From assembly GCA_000990005.1 (NCBI GenBank), contig LBPF01000006.1, positions 33,615 to 97,614 of the forward strand: a stretch of 64,000 nucleotides of DNA, given 5' to 3'. The position numbers and the translations under genes are program-made. This document shows positions 18,330-27,942 of this stretch, piece by piece. The notes under the pieces were generated by a model. That model saw only the letters and a list, made by a program, of their open reading frames with translations, did no database searches and was not told the origin of the DNA. This DNA comes from Candidatus Woesebacteria bacterium GW2011_GWB1_33_38 (lineage in GTDB: Bacteria; Patescibacteriota; Microgenomatia; UBA8517). Position 1 is the first letter of the stretch; each line of letters starts with the position of its first letter.

Positions 18330-18778
18330 AAATAAATGCGGAGTTAATAAAAAAGTTAAGAGAAGAGACAGGGGCTGGAGTTATGAGGGTTAAACAAGTC
18401 TTGGAACAGACAAATGGGAAAAAGCCAGAGGCTCTTGAGATACTCAAAAAAGAGGGTTTTGAAAAAGTAGCTAAGAGATCGGAAAGAGAGACAAAACAAG
18501 GTAAAATATTTACTTACGCACATCATACTGGAAAAGTTGGAGTATTGGTTGAATTATTTGCTGAAACTGATTTTGTAGCTAGAAATGAACTTTTTGAAAG
18601 TTTGGGTAAAGATATTGCACTTCAGGTTGCTTCGATGGGTGAAAAAGATATTGAAAAACAAGAATTCATTAAAGATCCAAGTAAAACAATCTTAGATTTA
18701 ATTAAAGAGGTTATTGCAAAAACTGGTGAAAATATTAAACTTGGTAGAGTAGTTCGAATAGAACTGGGCAAAGAATGA
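18326..18778 (+). CDS. tsf: Elongation factor Ts (short form)
   Basis: KLREETGAG, ETDFVARN. Confidence 0.95.
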   Translation: MKINAELIKKLREETGAGVMRVKQVLEQTNGKKPEALEILKKEGFEKVAKRSERETKQGKIFTYAHHTGKVGVLVELFAETDFVARNELFESLGKDIALQVASMGEKDIEKQEFIKDPSKTILDLIKEVIAKTGENIKLGRVVRIELGKE

Positions 18779-19329
18779 TAGATCCTTCAATAACTCAAAA
18801 ATTTCAAAAAGTTGTAGATCTTGTGGCCGTTGATATTTCAGGAATTAGAACGGGAAGAGCAACTTCAGCAATGGTTGAAAATATTGTTTGCCCCGCTTAC
18901 GGTGGCACACAATTTTTAAAAGTGATGGAATTGGCTTCTATTACTGTAAGTGATCCTACTCAAATTGTAATTTCACCTTGGGATAAATCAATAATTGGAG
19001 ATATTAGAAAAGGACTTTTAGAAGCAAACATGGGTTTTAACCCTTCAATTGATGGGGAAGTAATTAGAATTTCAATTCCTCCAATGACGACAGAGGATAG
19101 AGAAAAATATGTCAAGCTCCTCTCTTCTAAACTTGAAAACGGTAAGGTAATGATGAGGCAGGTTAGAGCTGATGAAATGCACGAAATAAAGAAGAAGTTT
19201 GAAGGAAAAGAAATAACTGAAGATGAAAAATTTGCAGATGAAAAATCCTTGCAAGATTTAACCGATTCTCATATTACAAAAATTGAAAGTTTAGGAGAAA
19301 CCAAAAAAGCAGATTTACTTCAAATATGA
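18775..19329 (+). CDS. frr: Ribosome recycling factor
   Basis: IRTGRA, PWDK, IPPMTTE.R. Confidence 0.96.
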   Translation: MIDPSITQKFQKVVDLVAVDISGIRTGRATSAMVENIVCPAYGGTQFLKVMELASITVSDPTQIVISPWDKSIIGDIRKGLLEANMGFNPSIDGEVIRISIPPMTTEDREKYVKLLSSKLENGKVMMRQVRADEMHEIKKKFEGKEITEDEKFADEKSLQDLTDSHITKIESLGETKKADLLQI

Positions 19330-20441
19330 TTTGGTCAATTTTGATTTTCTTTTTGGTTTTATCTATTTTAGTCATTGTTCACGAGTTTGGTCATTACATT
19401 GTAGCCAAGAAAAATGGAATTTTGGTTGAAGAGTTTGGATTTGGCTTGCCACCTAGAATCTTTGGTAAAAAAATAGGTGAGACACTTTGGTCTATAAACC
19501 TTTTACCTTTTGGTGGTTTTGTGAAACTTCATGGTGAATTAACTGATCCGCCCGAGGCGGACAAGTCTTTAAATAAACGGGCCTTTCTTTATAAATCAAA
19601 AAAGATAAAAATTGCCGTTATTGTTGCAGGAGTTGTCATGAATATTATTTTAGCAATTGTTGCTTTTGCTATTGTCTATTCTCATTATGGTATTCCAAAA
19701 GAACAGGGATTTGTTGAAGTTGTTGGGGTACTACCTGATTCACCAGCATCTATTTCCAAAATAGTAGTTGGGGAGAGAATATATGCAATCAATGGTAAAG
19801 AGGTTTCTAAAAAAGCTGAAGTGACAGACATTTCAAGTAAAGGAGGGAAGCATATTCTATTAGTTGGCACTAAAGATTCAGATTCCAAAGACTTACGAAA
19901 AGTTACAATAAACACAGAATTCAGTGAAGAAGACAAAAGATGGTATATGGGTTTTCTTCTAAGTTCAGAAAGTGTTTATTTTCCACCAGTCTGGCAAAGA
20001 CCGTTTTACGGTGTTTATTATGGAGTTAAAAATTCATTTCTAATTACAAAAGGGATCGTTACAAGTTTGGCTGGTATTTTTGTAAAAGAAACAAGAACTG
20101 AACTTGTTCAAGGGACCACGGGACCTGTTGGACTTTTAGCACTTGTTGATAATATTAGAAAACAGGGAATTTATCCATTAATTGATTTCATGGGTTTAAT
20201 ATCTATAAATTTGGCAGTTATAAATATTTTACCTTTCCCAGCACTTGATGGGGGAAGACTTCTTTTTGTGTTAATAGAAAAAGTAATAGGTAAAAAAGTA
20301 ATTCCCAAAGTGGAGGCCGCTATTCATTCTGTTGGTATGATAATACTTTTGGGATTAATTCTGGCAATAACCATCAAAGATATAAGAGGTCTAATCTCCG
20401 CTGGCTCCATTTCAGGCTTTCTTGAGAACATGATGAAGTGA
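19326..20441 (+). CDS. rseP: RseP-like M50 protease with PDZ domain
   Basis: HEFGH, GGFVK, NILPFPALDGG. Confidence 0.9.
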   Translation: MIWSILIFFLVLSILVIVHEFGHYIVAKKNGILVEEFGFGLPPRIFGKKIGETLWSINLLPFGGFVKLHGELTDPPEADKSLNKRAFLYKSKKIKIAVIVAGVVMNIILAIVAFAIVYSHYGIPKEQGFVEVVGVLPDSPASISKIVVGERIYAINGKEVSKKAEVTDISSKGGKHILLVGTKDSDSKDLRKVTINTEFSEEDKRWYMGFLLSSESVYFPPVWQRPFYGVYYGVKNSFLITKGIVTSLAGIFVKETRTELVQGTTGPVGLLALVDNIRKQGIYPLIDFMGLISINLAVINILPFPALDGGRLLFVLIEKVIGKKVIPKVEAAIHSVGMIILLGLILAITIKDIRGLISAGSISGFLENMMK

Positions 20442-20455
20442 TACAATAACTGCAT

Positions 20456-21676
20456 ATGAAGTTGACTGATAGTTTTGTAACAACATTAAGAGATGCGCCA
20501 AAGGATGCATTAACAATTAATCATCAGCTTTTGGTTAGAGCAGGGTTCGTTAGGCAACTAATGGCTGGGGTTTATACATATCTTCCATTGGGTTTAAAAG
20601 TTCTAAATAAAATTAGTCAAATTGTTAGAGAAGAAATGAATGAAATTGGTTCAACTGAGGTTTTGATGCCGATTCTCCATCCTGCAATAAATTGGAAAAT
20701 AACAGGTGGATGGGATAAGATTGATGTTTTGTTTAAAGTGAAATCAAGAACAAAAAGAGATTACGCATTGGCTCAAAGTAATGAAGAAACAGTAACCCCA
20801 TTAACTTCCGAGTTCATCCACACTTACAAAGATTTACCTTTGTCTATCTATCATATTAATTGGAAATTTAGGGATGAGTTAAGGAGTAAATCAGGAATTC
20901 TAAGGGGTCGTGAGTTTTTAATGAAAGACCTTTACTCTTTTCATATTGATCAGGAAGATTTTGACAAATATTATCAAACTGCCAAGAAAGCATACTTGAG
21001 AGTTTTTGAAAGATTAGGGTTGGTTGCCAAAGTTACAGAAGCTTCAGGTGGAGGATTTAGTGAAAAAGTTTCATATGAATTTGAAGTTTTGACTTCGGCT
21101 GGTGAAGCAAATATCTTGTACTGCAACAATTGCGAATATTGTGTAAATATTGATGACATTAAAAAATATAATGAAGGGGATAATTGTCCACTTTGCAAAA
21201 AAGCGAAATTAAAAGCATCACTTGCTTCTGAAGTTGGTAATGTTTTTGATTTAGGTCAAAAATATACCAAGGCATTTGGATTAACAGCCGTAAACGAGAA
21301 AGGAACAAAAGTCTATCCTATCATGGGTTGTTATGGAATTGGAATTTCTAGAACCATGGGAGTTATTGTTGAAAAGTTCCACGATGATAAAGGTATAATT
21401 TGGCCAAGGGAAGTAGCACCTTTTGACGTTCATTTGGTAGGACTTAATGGAAAGGGTGAAGATTTATACAAGAAACTTAAAGAAAATCATATTGACGTTT
21501 TGTTTGATGACAGAGATCTTCCTGCGGGACAGAAGTTTAATGACGCTGATCTTATAGGAATTCCTGTAAGACTTGTAGTTTCAGAGAAAACCTGTGAGAA
21601 AATTGAGTTTAAAGAACGAACTTCAGATAAAACAGAATTGTTAAGTTTTGATGAAATAATTAAGAAATTAAAGTAA
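20456..21676 (+). CDS. proS: Proline-tRNA ligase (no INS editing domain)
   Basis: KFRDELR..GILRGREF.MKD, MGCYGIG. Confidence 0.95.
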   Translation: MKLTDSFVTTLRDAPKDALTINHQLLVRAGFVRQLMAGVYTYLPLGLKVLNKISQIVREEMNEIGSTEVLMPILHPAINWKITGGWDKIDVLFKVKSRTKRDYALAQSNEETVTPLTSEFIHTYKDLPLSIYHINWKFRDELRSKSGILRGREFLMKDLYSFHIDQEDFDKYYQTAKKAYLRVFERLGLVAKVTEASGGGFSEKVSYEFEVLTSAGEANILYCNNCEYCVNIDDIKKYNEGDNCPLCKKAKLKASLASEVGNVFDLGQKYTKAFGLTAVNEKGTKVYPIMGCYGIGISRTMGVIVEKFHDDKGIIWPREVAPFDVHLVGLNGKGEDLYKKLKENHIDVLFDDRDLPAGQKFNDADLIGIPVRLVVSEKTCEKIEFKERTSDKTELLSFDEIIKKLK

Positions 21677-21692
21677 AGTTGTGGAAAAGAAT

Positions 21693-21902
21693 TTAATTTT
21701 CGTCATCTTTTGCTCCGAGATTTTTAGCAATATTTTTAAATAATGTTGAATTTGCTAATTTATCAACTTGTGGCCCTAGTGCTTGTTGAAATATATCTGG
21801 TTCGCCCTCAGACGCTTTAATTAAATGTTGGGGTAATTTATACCAATCAATTGCTCCCCCCCCTAAATCTTTTAGCTTTCTAACAAGCTCACCAAATTCC
21901 AT
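21693..21902 (-). CDS. Small hypothetical protein (69 aa)
   Basis: ATG 21902 preceded by TAAAAT; fills proS-HIT gap. Confidence 0.5.
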   Translation of the reverse strand: MEFGELVRKLKDLGGGAIDWYKLPQHLIKASEGEPDIFQQALGPQVDKLANSTLFKNIAKNLGAKDDEN

Positions 21903-21960
21903 ATTATGGGATATTTTATCCCTCTTGTTCTCAAAAGTCAAAAAAACTATACTTAAGTCT

Positions 21961-22266
21961 ATGGATGATTGTATTTTTTGTAAGATTGTAAAAAGGGAAA
22001 TTAAAGCTGAGATTAAAAAAGAAACTGATAATTTTATTGTAATTCCAGATATCAAGCCGTCCGCAAAAACGCATTTATTAATTATTACCAAAAATCACGT
22101 GTCGGATTTAAAATTCGCTGAAGATAATTTGTTGGTTGAAGCAAAAAACCTTGCTTTGGACTTACAAAATGAATTAAGTTTAGATGAATTCCAGTTTAGA
22201 GTAAACTGGGGTAAACTTTTGGAAGTTAACCATTTGCATTTTCATTTTATGGCTAATTTTAATTAA
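21961..22266 (+). CDS. HIT family protein
   Basis: DCIFCKI, HLHFH. Confidence 0.93.
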   Translation: MDDCIFCKIVKREIKAEIKKETDNFIVIPDIKPSAKTHLLIITKNHVSDLKFAEDNLLVEAKNLALDLQNELSLDEFQFRVNWGKLLEVNHLHFHFMANFN

Positions 22267-22267
22267 T

Positions 22268-22705
22268 ATGATTTCGCAAAATATTACTAAATTAATAGGG
22301 GAGGCTATGAAAGCTCATGATGGTGTTCGACTTTCTACACTCCGTATGCTTTCTTCAGAATTTAACTATGAAAAGATAAGATTACAGAAGGAATTAGAAG
22401 AAAGTGATGAAGAAAAAGTAATTAGGAAAGAGGTCAGAAAAAGAAAAGATGCAATAGAGGCTTTTGCGAAAGCTGGTGCAGTAGATCGAGTTGAATTAGA
22501 AACCAAAGAGCTTAACATATTGCAAGAATTCCTCCCACCTGGTGTTTCTCCCGAAGAGGTCATTAAACTGATTGAAGATTCAATTAAAGAAATTGATGCA
22601 AAATCAATTGCAGATATGGGTAAGGTAATAGCTTTAGTTAAATCTAAATCCTCAGGCGTTGATGGAGCTACAGTAGCTCAAATTGTTAGAGAGAAGTTAG
22701 GTTAA
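22268..22705 (+). CDS. GatB/YqeY domain protein
   Basis: AMKA.D..RLSTLRM, DMGKV. Confidence 0.92.
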   Translation: MISQNITKLIGEAMKAHDGVRLSTLRMLSSEFNYEKIRLQKELEESDEEKVIRKEVRKRKDAIEAFAKAGAVDRVELETKELNILQEFLPPGVSPEEVIKLIEDSIKEIDAKSIADMGKVIALVKSKSSGVDGATVAQIVREKLG

Positions 22706-22706
22706 T

Positions 22707-23114
22707 ATGATTAAGATTAACGTGTCCAAACAAACAAATTATCCAATAAGTACAGTAAATTTAAAAAACTTTTTACAAAAGTTTTTTTTAGAAAAGGGCA
22801 TAGTGTCTGACGCTGAAGTTTTTGTTTCATTTGTAAACGAGGCAAAAATGAAGGACATCGGGAAGAAATATTATAGGCGAAGCTTGGCTAGCTCCGCTGG
22901 TAAAAATGACTTAAGAATTCACAATGTATTTTCTTTTGTTGATTCGGAATCAATGAAGTTTCCTGGTGATAAAATTAATTTGGGTGAAATTGTTGTTTGC
23001 TTTCCAATTGTTGTTAAAGAGGCAAACACTGAAGGGAAGTTAATTGAAGAAAAAGTATTGGAACTTATTGAACACTCCGCATTGCATTTATTGGGAATTC
23101 ATCACGAAGAATGA
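22707..23114 (+). CDS. ybeY: rRNA maturation RNase YbeY
   Basis: NVFSF, LGEIVV, HSALHLLGIHH. Confidence 0.9.
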   Translation: MIKINVSKQTNYPISTVNLKNFLQKFFLEKGIVSDAEVFVSFVNEAKMKDIGKKYYRRSLASSAGKNDLRIHNVFSFVDSESMKFPGDKINLGEIVVCFPIVVKEANTEGKLIEEKVLELIEHSALHLLGIHHEE

Positions 23115-24076
23115 CATACTATTTAAAATATCGACCACAAACTATTGAAGAACTTGATATGCAATCTGTCAGAGAATCTTTAACTAATATTGTTAAATCA
23201 GGTAATATCCCTCACGCATTTTTATTTGCAGGTCCCAAGGGAACTGGAAAAACTTCAGTGGCAAGAATTCTTGCAAAAATAATTAATTGTGAGTCCAAAA
23301 ACCCCCCGTGCAATAAATGTGAACAGTGCTTGTCTATAACAAATGGAAATAATATTGACATTATTGAAATGGACGCTGCTAGTAATCGTGGAATTGATGA
23401 TATTAGGGCACTAAAAGATACAATTCGTCTTACCCCATCTAAAGCTAAAGCCAAAATCTATATTTTAGACGAGGCCCATATGTTAACTATAGAAGCTAGC
23501 AACGCCCTTTTAAAGACCCTAGAAGAGCCGCCAAGCCATGTTTATTTTATTCTAGCTACTACTAACCCAGAAAAGCTAATTGAGACTGTAAAAAGTAGAA
23601 CAGTACTTATTAGTTTTACAAAGGCAACACCCGAGGAAACTAAAAGATCACTAGCTAGAATAATTAAGAAAGAAGAATTAAAAATTAAAAACGAGGAGTT
23701 GAATGAGATTATAAAAATGTCAAAAGGTTCATTTAGGGATGCAGTTAAACTCTTAGAGCAGTTTTCTAAAGATAGTAATTTTCTAAAAAGTATTAAGTTG
23801 TTTGACGTTCAGGATTTTTTAGAAGTGTTACTTGCCAAAAATCTTAAGGAAGCAATTATAAAAATAGAAAATGCTCTAAGAAGTGGTTGTACTATTGTTA
23901 ACACTACTGAAGAAATTTTAGAAAAACTACAATCAAAACTTATTGAAACAGAGGATAGGAATTTAGTTACTTTAATAGAATATATTTTAGAAGCTCAAGA
24001 ATTTAATAAAGTTACACCTATTGAAGAATTGCCACTTGAAGTGGCAATAGTTAAGTGGTGTAAACTAGATAAATAA
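23111..24076 (+). CDS. dnaX: DNA polymerase III subunit gamma/tau (AAA+ part)
   Basis: YLKYRPQ, GPKGTGKT, DAASNRG, DEAHML. Confidence 0.95.
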   Translation: MTYYLKYRPQTIEELDMQSVRESLTNIVKSGNIPHAFLFAGPKGTGKTSVARILAKIINCESKNPPCNKCEQCLSITNGNNIDIIEMDAASNRGIDDIRALKDTIRLTPSKAKAKIYILDEAHMLTIEASNALLKTLEEPPSHVYFILATTNPEKLIETVKSRTVLISFTKATPEETKRSLARIIKKEELKIKNEELNEIIKMSKGSFRDAVKLLEQFSKDSNFLKSIKLFDVQDFLEVLLAKNLKEAIIKIENALRSGCTIVNTTEEILEKLQSKLIETEDRNLVTLIEYILEAQEFNKVTPIEELPLEVAIVKWCKLDK

Positions 24077-24387
24077 TGGACGAAGCTGTTTGGAGCAAAA
24101 TACTTAATAATATTAAGCCAGTTAGTCCATCAATTGAAGCCTTACTTCGCTCTTCACAACTCAAAAATTTAGATGGTAATAAATTAAAACTGGTTGTTTA
24201 CTATAAGTTTCATAAGGATAAATTAGAGGAAAATAAAAACAAAAAATTAATTGAGGATTCGATTTTAAGTATTCTTTCAAAACAAATAACACTTGAGATT
24301 GGATTAGTAGATGCTCCTGTAAAGTCCGAGTTGACTGGGGTAACAAATCAAAATATAATGACAGCAGCAGAAGAAATTTTTAGTTAA
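24076..24387 (+). CDS. Probable DnaX C-terminal domain as separate ORF
   Basis: W..IL..IK....SIEALL; TAATG coupling to dnaX. Confidence 0.6.
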   Translation: MDEAVWSKILNNIKPVSPSIEALLRSSQLKNLDGNKLKLVVYYKFHKDKLEENKNKKLIEDSILSILSKQITLEIGLVDAPVKSELTGVTNQNIMTAAEEIFS

Positions 24388-24389
24388 CT

Positions 24390-24677
24390 ATGTTTGACAA
24401 ATTTAAACAACTAGGCGAGTTTAATAAAATGCGACAACAAGCAAATGCCTTACAAAAAGAGCTTGAGAAAATTATTGAAACAATTGAGAAAAGAGGTTGG
24501 ACAGTTTCTGTAACTGGAGATCAAAAAGTTAGGTATATTAAGCGTGGTGAAGAAGATTTTGCCGAACTTGTTGAGCTAATAAATGAAGCCATGAAGAACG
24601 TTCAGAAAGAATCTGCTAAGAAAATGATGGAAATGGGCGGTGGACTCTCCGGACTTTTGGGTGGACTTGGAAAGTAG
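24390..24677 (+). CDS. YbaB/EbfC nucleoid-associated protein
   Basis: Between dnaX and recR; QQA..LQKEL, VTGDQ. Confidence 0.85.
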   Translation: MFDKFKQLGEFNKMRQQANALQKELEKIIETIEKRGWTVSVTGDQKVRYIKRGEEDFAELVELINEAMKNVQKESAKKMMEMGGGLSGLLGGLGK

Positions 24678-24683
24678 CTTTTT

Positions 24684-25298
24684 ATGAAGATCCCCAAGGC
24701 AATTTCTTCTCTAATAGAGTCTTTTGAAAAACTTCCTGGAATTGGACCAAAATCGGCACAGCGCTTAACTTATTATCTTTTACATGTCCCACAAAGAGAA
24801 CTTGATGACTTTGCTGAAAATCTTACAAACCTTAAAAAAAATACCATGCTTTGCTCAGTTTGTAAAAATGTGGGTGAAACCGATCCATGTAACATTTGTT
24901 CTGACACACTTCGTGACAAAGCGACTGTGTTGGTAGTTGAACAACCACTTGACTTAATTGCCTTCGAAAGAAGTGGTAAATATCATGGGCTTTATCATGT
25001 TTTGCATGGCGCTATTAACCCGCTTGATAATATTGGACCAGATGAAATCTATATTGCGGACTTGTTAAAACGTGTGACGGGTGACGAGTTACGAGTTATA
25101 ACAGAAATTATTATTGCAACCAACCCAACCATGGAAGGGGAGGCAACTGCAATGTATATGGCGAAAAAACTCAAAACTGAAAAAAATCAAAACTTAAAAA
25201 TAACCAGACTCGGGATGGGAATTCCAACTGGGGCTGACTTGGAGTATGCAGATGATGTAACATTAACTCAAGCCCTCGAAGGGCGAAGAGAATTATGA
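24684..25298 (+). CDS. recR: Recombination mediator RecR
   Basis: LPGIGPKSAQR, C4 Zn finger, YHVLHG, TMEGEAT. Confidence 0.97.
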   Translation: MKIPKAISSLIESFEKLPGIGPKSAQRLTYYLLHVPQRELDDFAENLTNLKKNTMLCSVCKNVGETDPCNICSDTLRDKATVLVVEQPLDLIAFERSGKYHGLYHVLHGAINPLDNIGPDEIYIADLLKRVTGDELRVITEIIIATNPTMEGEATAMYMAKKLKTEKNQNLKITRLGMGIPTGADLEYADDVTLTQALEGRREL

Positions 25299-25822
25299 AT
25301 ACTGCTACTGCCCAAGTAAAACAAGCTATTAAGAAATCTGCAAAAACTTTTGCTGATGAGCCATTGGAACTTCTGAAATCTGCAAGAAAGCAAATAACGG
25401 GAGAGGAAATGAACTCAGGCCCTGAGATTCCTCAGAATGGTCAAAAGTCAGATCCTGATACGCATCAGGATTTACAAAAAGAAGAAGTTTATAAACAACA
25501 AAAAGCTGAGAGTGAAGGTAGAACTTTGCAAGCTCTTGAATCAGAACTTAAAGATATTAGACGACAAAAATTATTTAATGACTTAATGGCTAGAATCCAA
25601 AACGGTGAAAATATTCCCTTGGAGGAATTTAGTGAACTTTCATATGAACAAAAGGATGTCTTAAAAGCCCAAATTGAAGCTGTTCGCGCCCGTAACTCGC
25701 AACCCGTAACTGATCAATTAATTGAACCTGGTGCCAAAAAAGGCAGACAAATGTTTGGACAAAAACAGTCAGCCCAAAAACAAACTACCCGTGTCGAAAA
25801 ACCAGTACCCCCTAGTGGTTGA
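25295..25822 (+). CDS. Hypothetical protein
   Basis: 175-aa ORF coupled to recR stop. Confidence 0.7.
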   Translation: MNTATAQVKQAIKKSAKTFADEPLELLKSARKQITGEEMNSGPEIPQNGQKSDPDTHQDLQKEEVYKQQKAESEGRTLQALESELKDIRRQKLFNDLMARIQNGENIPLEEFSELSYEQKDVLKAQIEAVRARNSQPVTDQLIEPGAKKGRQMFGQKQSAQKQTTRVEKPVPPSG

Positions 25823-25853
25823 TTTTGGCACAAGTTTGATTTAGTATATAAAC

Positions 25854-25997
25854 ATGGAAATATTTTACGCAACAGTTTCAAGATCGGGAAGTATAATTAT
25901 TCCAGTTAAATTACGAAAAGAGTCAGGGATTGTTGGAAGTACGGTGGTCTCTTTAACTGTAGAAGGCAATTCAATCGTGTTGAGGATTGTAAAATAA
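25854..25997 (+). CDS. Small AbrB/MazE/SpoVT-family protein (47 aa, not in ORF track)
   Basis: MEIFYATVSRSGSIIIPVKLRKESGI..EGNSIVLR. Confidence 0.7.
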   Translation: MEIFYATVSRSGSIIIPVKLRKESGIVGSTVVSLTVEGNSIVLRIVK

Positions 25998-26031
25998 ATA
26001 TATGAAATTAAATATAAAGTTTGTTTGTTGT

Positions 26032-26109
26032 AGCTTCCTTTTGTAGGGAGCTTTTTGCATTTTATTTTAAGCTCCCGACATCGAAAGATGTTCATAAGGG
26101 GGTTTTTTT
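26032..26109 (+). terminator. Two tandem hairpin plus U-tract elements
   Basis: AGCTTCCT/AGGGAGCT-TTTT and AAGCTCCC..GGGGGTT-TTTTT. Confidence 0.55.
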
Positions 26110-26304
26110 ATGATTAAAAAATATTTTATATATAAGGCAAGGTATAAAGCTGTTGATGAAACAGGTATGATAATTTGGCTTAATATTGATTATTGGAATA
26201 ATAAGTTCGGCTTGAGTGTAAGTAATATTGATTTAGAGAATTTTGCTCGAAAACTGTTAAAGAAAAAACATAAAGTAAATTTGGTACATAAAATGCTACA
26301 ATAA
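26110..26304 (+). CDS. Small hypothetical protein
   Basis: 64-aa ORF before cysS. Confidence 0.4.
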   Translation: MIKKYFIYKARYKAVDETGMIIWLNIDYWNNKFGLSVSNIDLENFARKLLKKKHKVNLVHKMLQ

Positions 26305-26308
26305 AAAT

Positions 26309-27556
26309 ATGGATTTATATTTATACAACTCGTTTAGTAGACAGAAAGAGTTGTTTACACCAATAAATCCCACATCGGGAGTGGGATTATATACTTGTGG
26401 ACCAACTGTCTATGATTATGCACACATTGGACATGGTCGAAAATTTTTGATGGATGATATTTTAAGAAGAACTTTGGAATTTAATGGTTACAAGGTTAAT
26501 CATGTTCAAAATATTACAGATGTAGGGCATTTAGTATCTGATGCTGATGATGGTGAGGATAAATTAGAAAAAGGTGCCAAGAAACAAAATAAAACTGTTT
26601 GGGAGGTTGCAGAGTATTTTACAAAAAGCTTTTATGAATCTATGGACGCACTTAATTTTCTACGCCCAACTACAATTTGTAAGGCCACCGACCATATCAA
26701 AGAACAGATAGAATTAATAGAGAAACTTTTTAAAAATAGTTATGCCTACGATACAGTTGAAGCGGTTTATTTTGATACTGCAAAATTTGCCGATTATGGA
26801 AAATTGTTTGGACAACCACTTTCTGAGAAGAAAGTGGGTGTTAGGAATGAAGTAAAAATTGATGCAAACAAGAAAAATCCACAGGATTTTGCACTATGGT
26901 TTAAGAGAGTCGGAAATTTTGCCGATCACGTAATGCATTGGGATAGCCCTTGGGGGGATGGTTTTCCAGGTTGGCATATAGAGTGTTCTGCAATGAGTAT
27001 GAAGTATTTAGGTGAGCAGATAGATATACATACTGGGGGGGAAGATCATTTGTCAATTCATCATCCTAATGAAATTGCCCAAAGTGAAGGTGCAACAGGT
27101 AAGAAGCCCTTTAGTAAATTTTGGATACATTCTGCGTTTTTAACTGTAGATGGCACTAAAATGAGTAAATCTTTGGGTAATTATTTCACGATTGAAGATA
27201 TTATTGCTAAAGGTTATAACCCAATTGCCTTAAGATATTTATATCTTGGGGCACATTACAAAAAGCCAATGAACTTTACTTGGCAAGCATTAGACGGCGC
27301 CTTAAAAGGCTTGAAGCGACTACAGCAAACAGTCAACAATCTACAAATTTCGGCCAGAACAATACTTTCAGAAGAAAAAAATCAAAAAATGGAAGATTAT
27401 AGAATTAAGTTTAATCTAGCAATTAACGACGATTTAAACACAAGTAAAGCTATGGCGGTAATGTTTGAAATGTTAAAATCAAATATTCCAAATCCTGATA
27501 AATATGATTTAGCAATTTTTTTTGATGAAGTTTTAGGGTTAAGACTTAAAGTTTAA
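26309..27556 (+). CDS. cysS: Cysteine-tRNA ligase
   Basis: [23 protein letters not shown]. Confidence 0.97.
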   Translation: MDLYLYNSFSRQKELFTPINPTSGVGLYTCGPTVYDYAHIGHGRKFLMDDILRRTLEFNGYKVNHVQNITDVGHLVSDADDGEDKLEKGAKKQNKTVWEVAEYFTKSFYESMDALNFLRPTTICKATDHIKEQIELIEKLFKNSYAYDTVEAVYFDTAKFADYGKLFGQPLSEKKVGVRNEVKIDANKKNPQDFALWFKRVGNFADHVMHWDSPWGDGFPGWHIECSAMSMKYLGEQIDIHTGGEDHLSIHHPNEIAQSEGATGKKPFSKFWIHSAFLTVDGTKMSKSLGNYFTIEDIIAKGYNPIALRYLYLGAHYKKPMNFTWQALDGALKGLKRLQQTVNNLQISARTILSEEKNQKMEDYRIKFNLAINDDLNTSKAMAVMFEMLKSNIPNPDKYDLAIFFDEVLGLRLKV

Positions 27557-27884
27557 TCTTTTTAATTAAAAACATTGACTCTTTTTTGGTTACCACTCCA
27601 ATATAATCAATTAAGGGATATGTTTTTCTAACCTCAGTCCAAAATTTTTCTGATAGGTTAGTTGAATAATTACCAAAACCCGCCTTTTCTGTTTGAGAGC
27701 AAAGTTTGTTTTCCCATTCCCTAATAATCTTAAGTATTTCTTTACCTTCAGCGTTGTATTTTTCTTGAAGACCATCTTGGTTTTTAATGTATTCGTTATA
27801 CAACTTATTAAATTCATCAAACTTATACTTATCAGTTGATATCATCCTGTCAAAGTAGTCTTTATATTTTGTAGCCATACCCAT
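27546..27884 (-). CDS. Hypothetical protein
   Basis: 112-aa ORF, plausible composition. Confidence 0.7.
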   Translation of the reverse strand: MGMATKYKDYFDRMISTDKYKFDEFNKLYNEYIKNQDGLQEKYNAEGKEILKIIREWENKLCSQTEKAGFGNYSTNLSEKFWTEVRKTYPLIDYIGVVTKKESMFLIKKIKL

Positions 27885-27942
27885 ATCATTTAATAGATTT
27901 AGACACTTGATTTCAAGACCTAAAATATGACATTATTAATCT

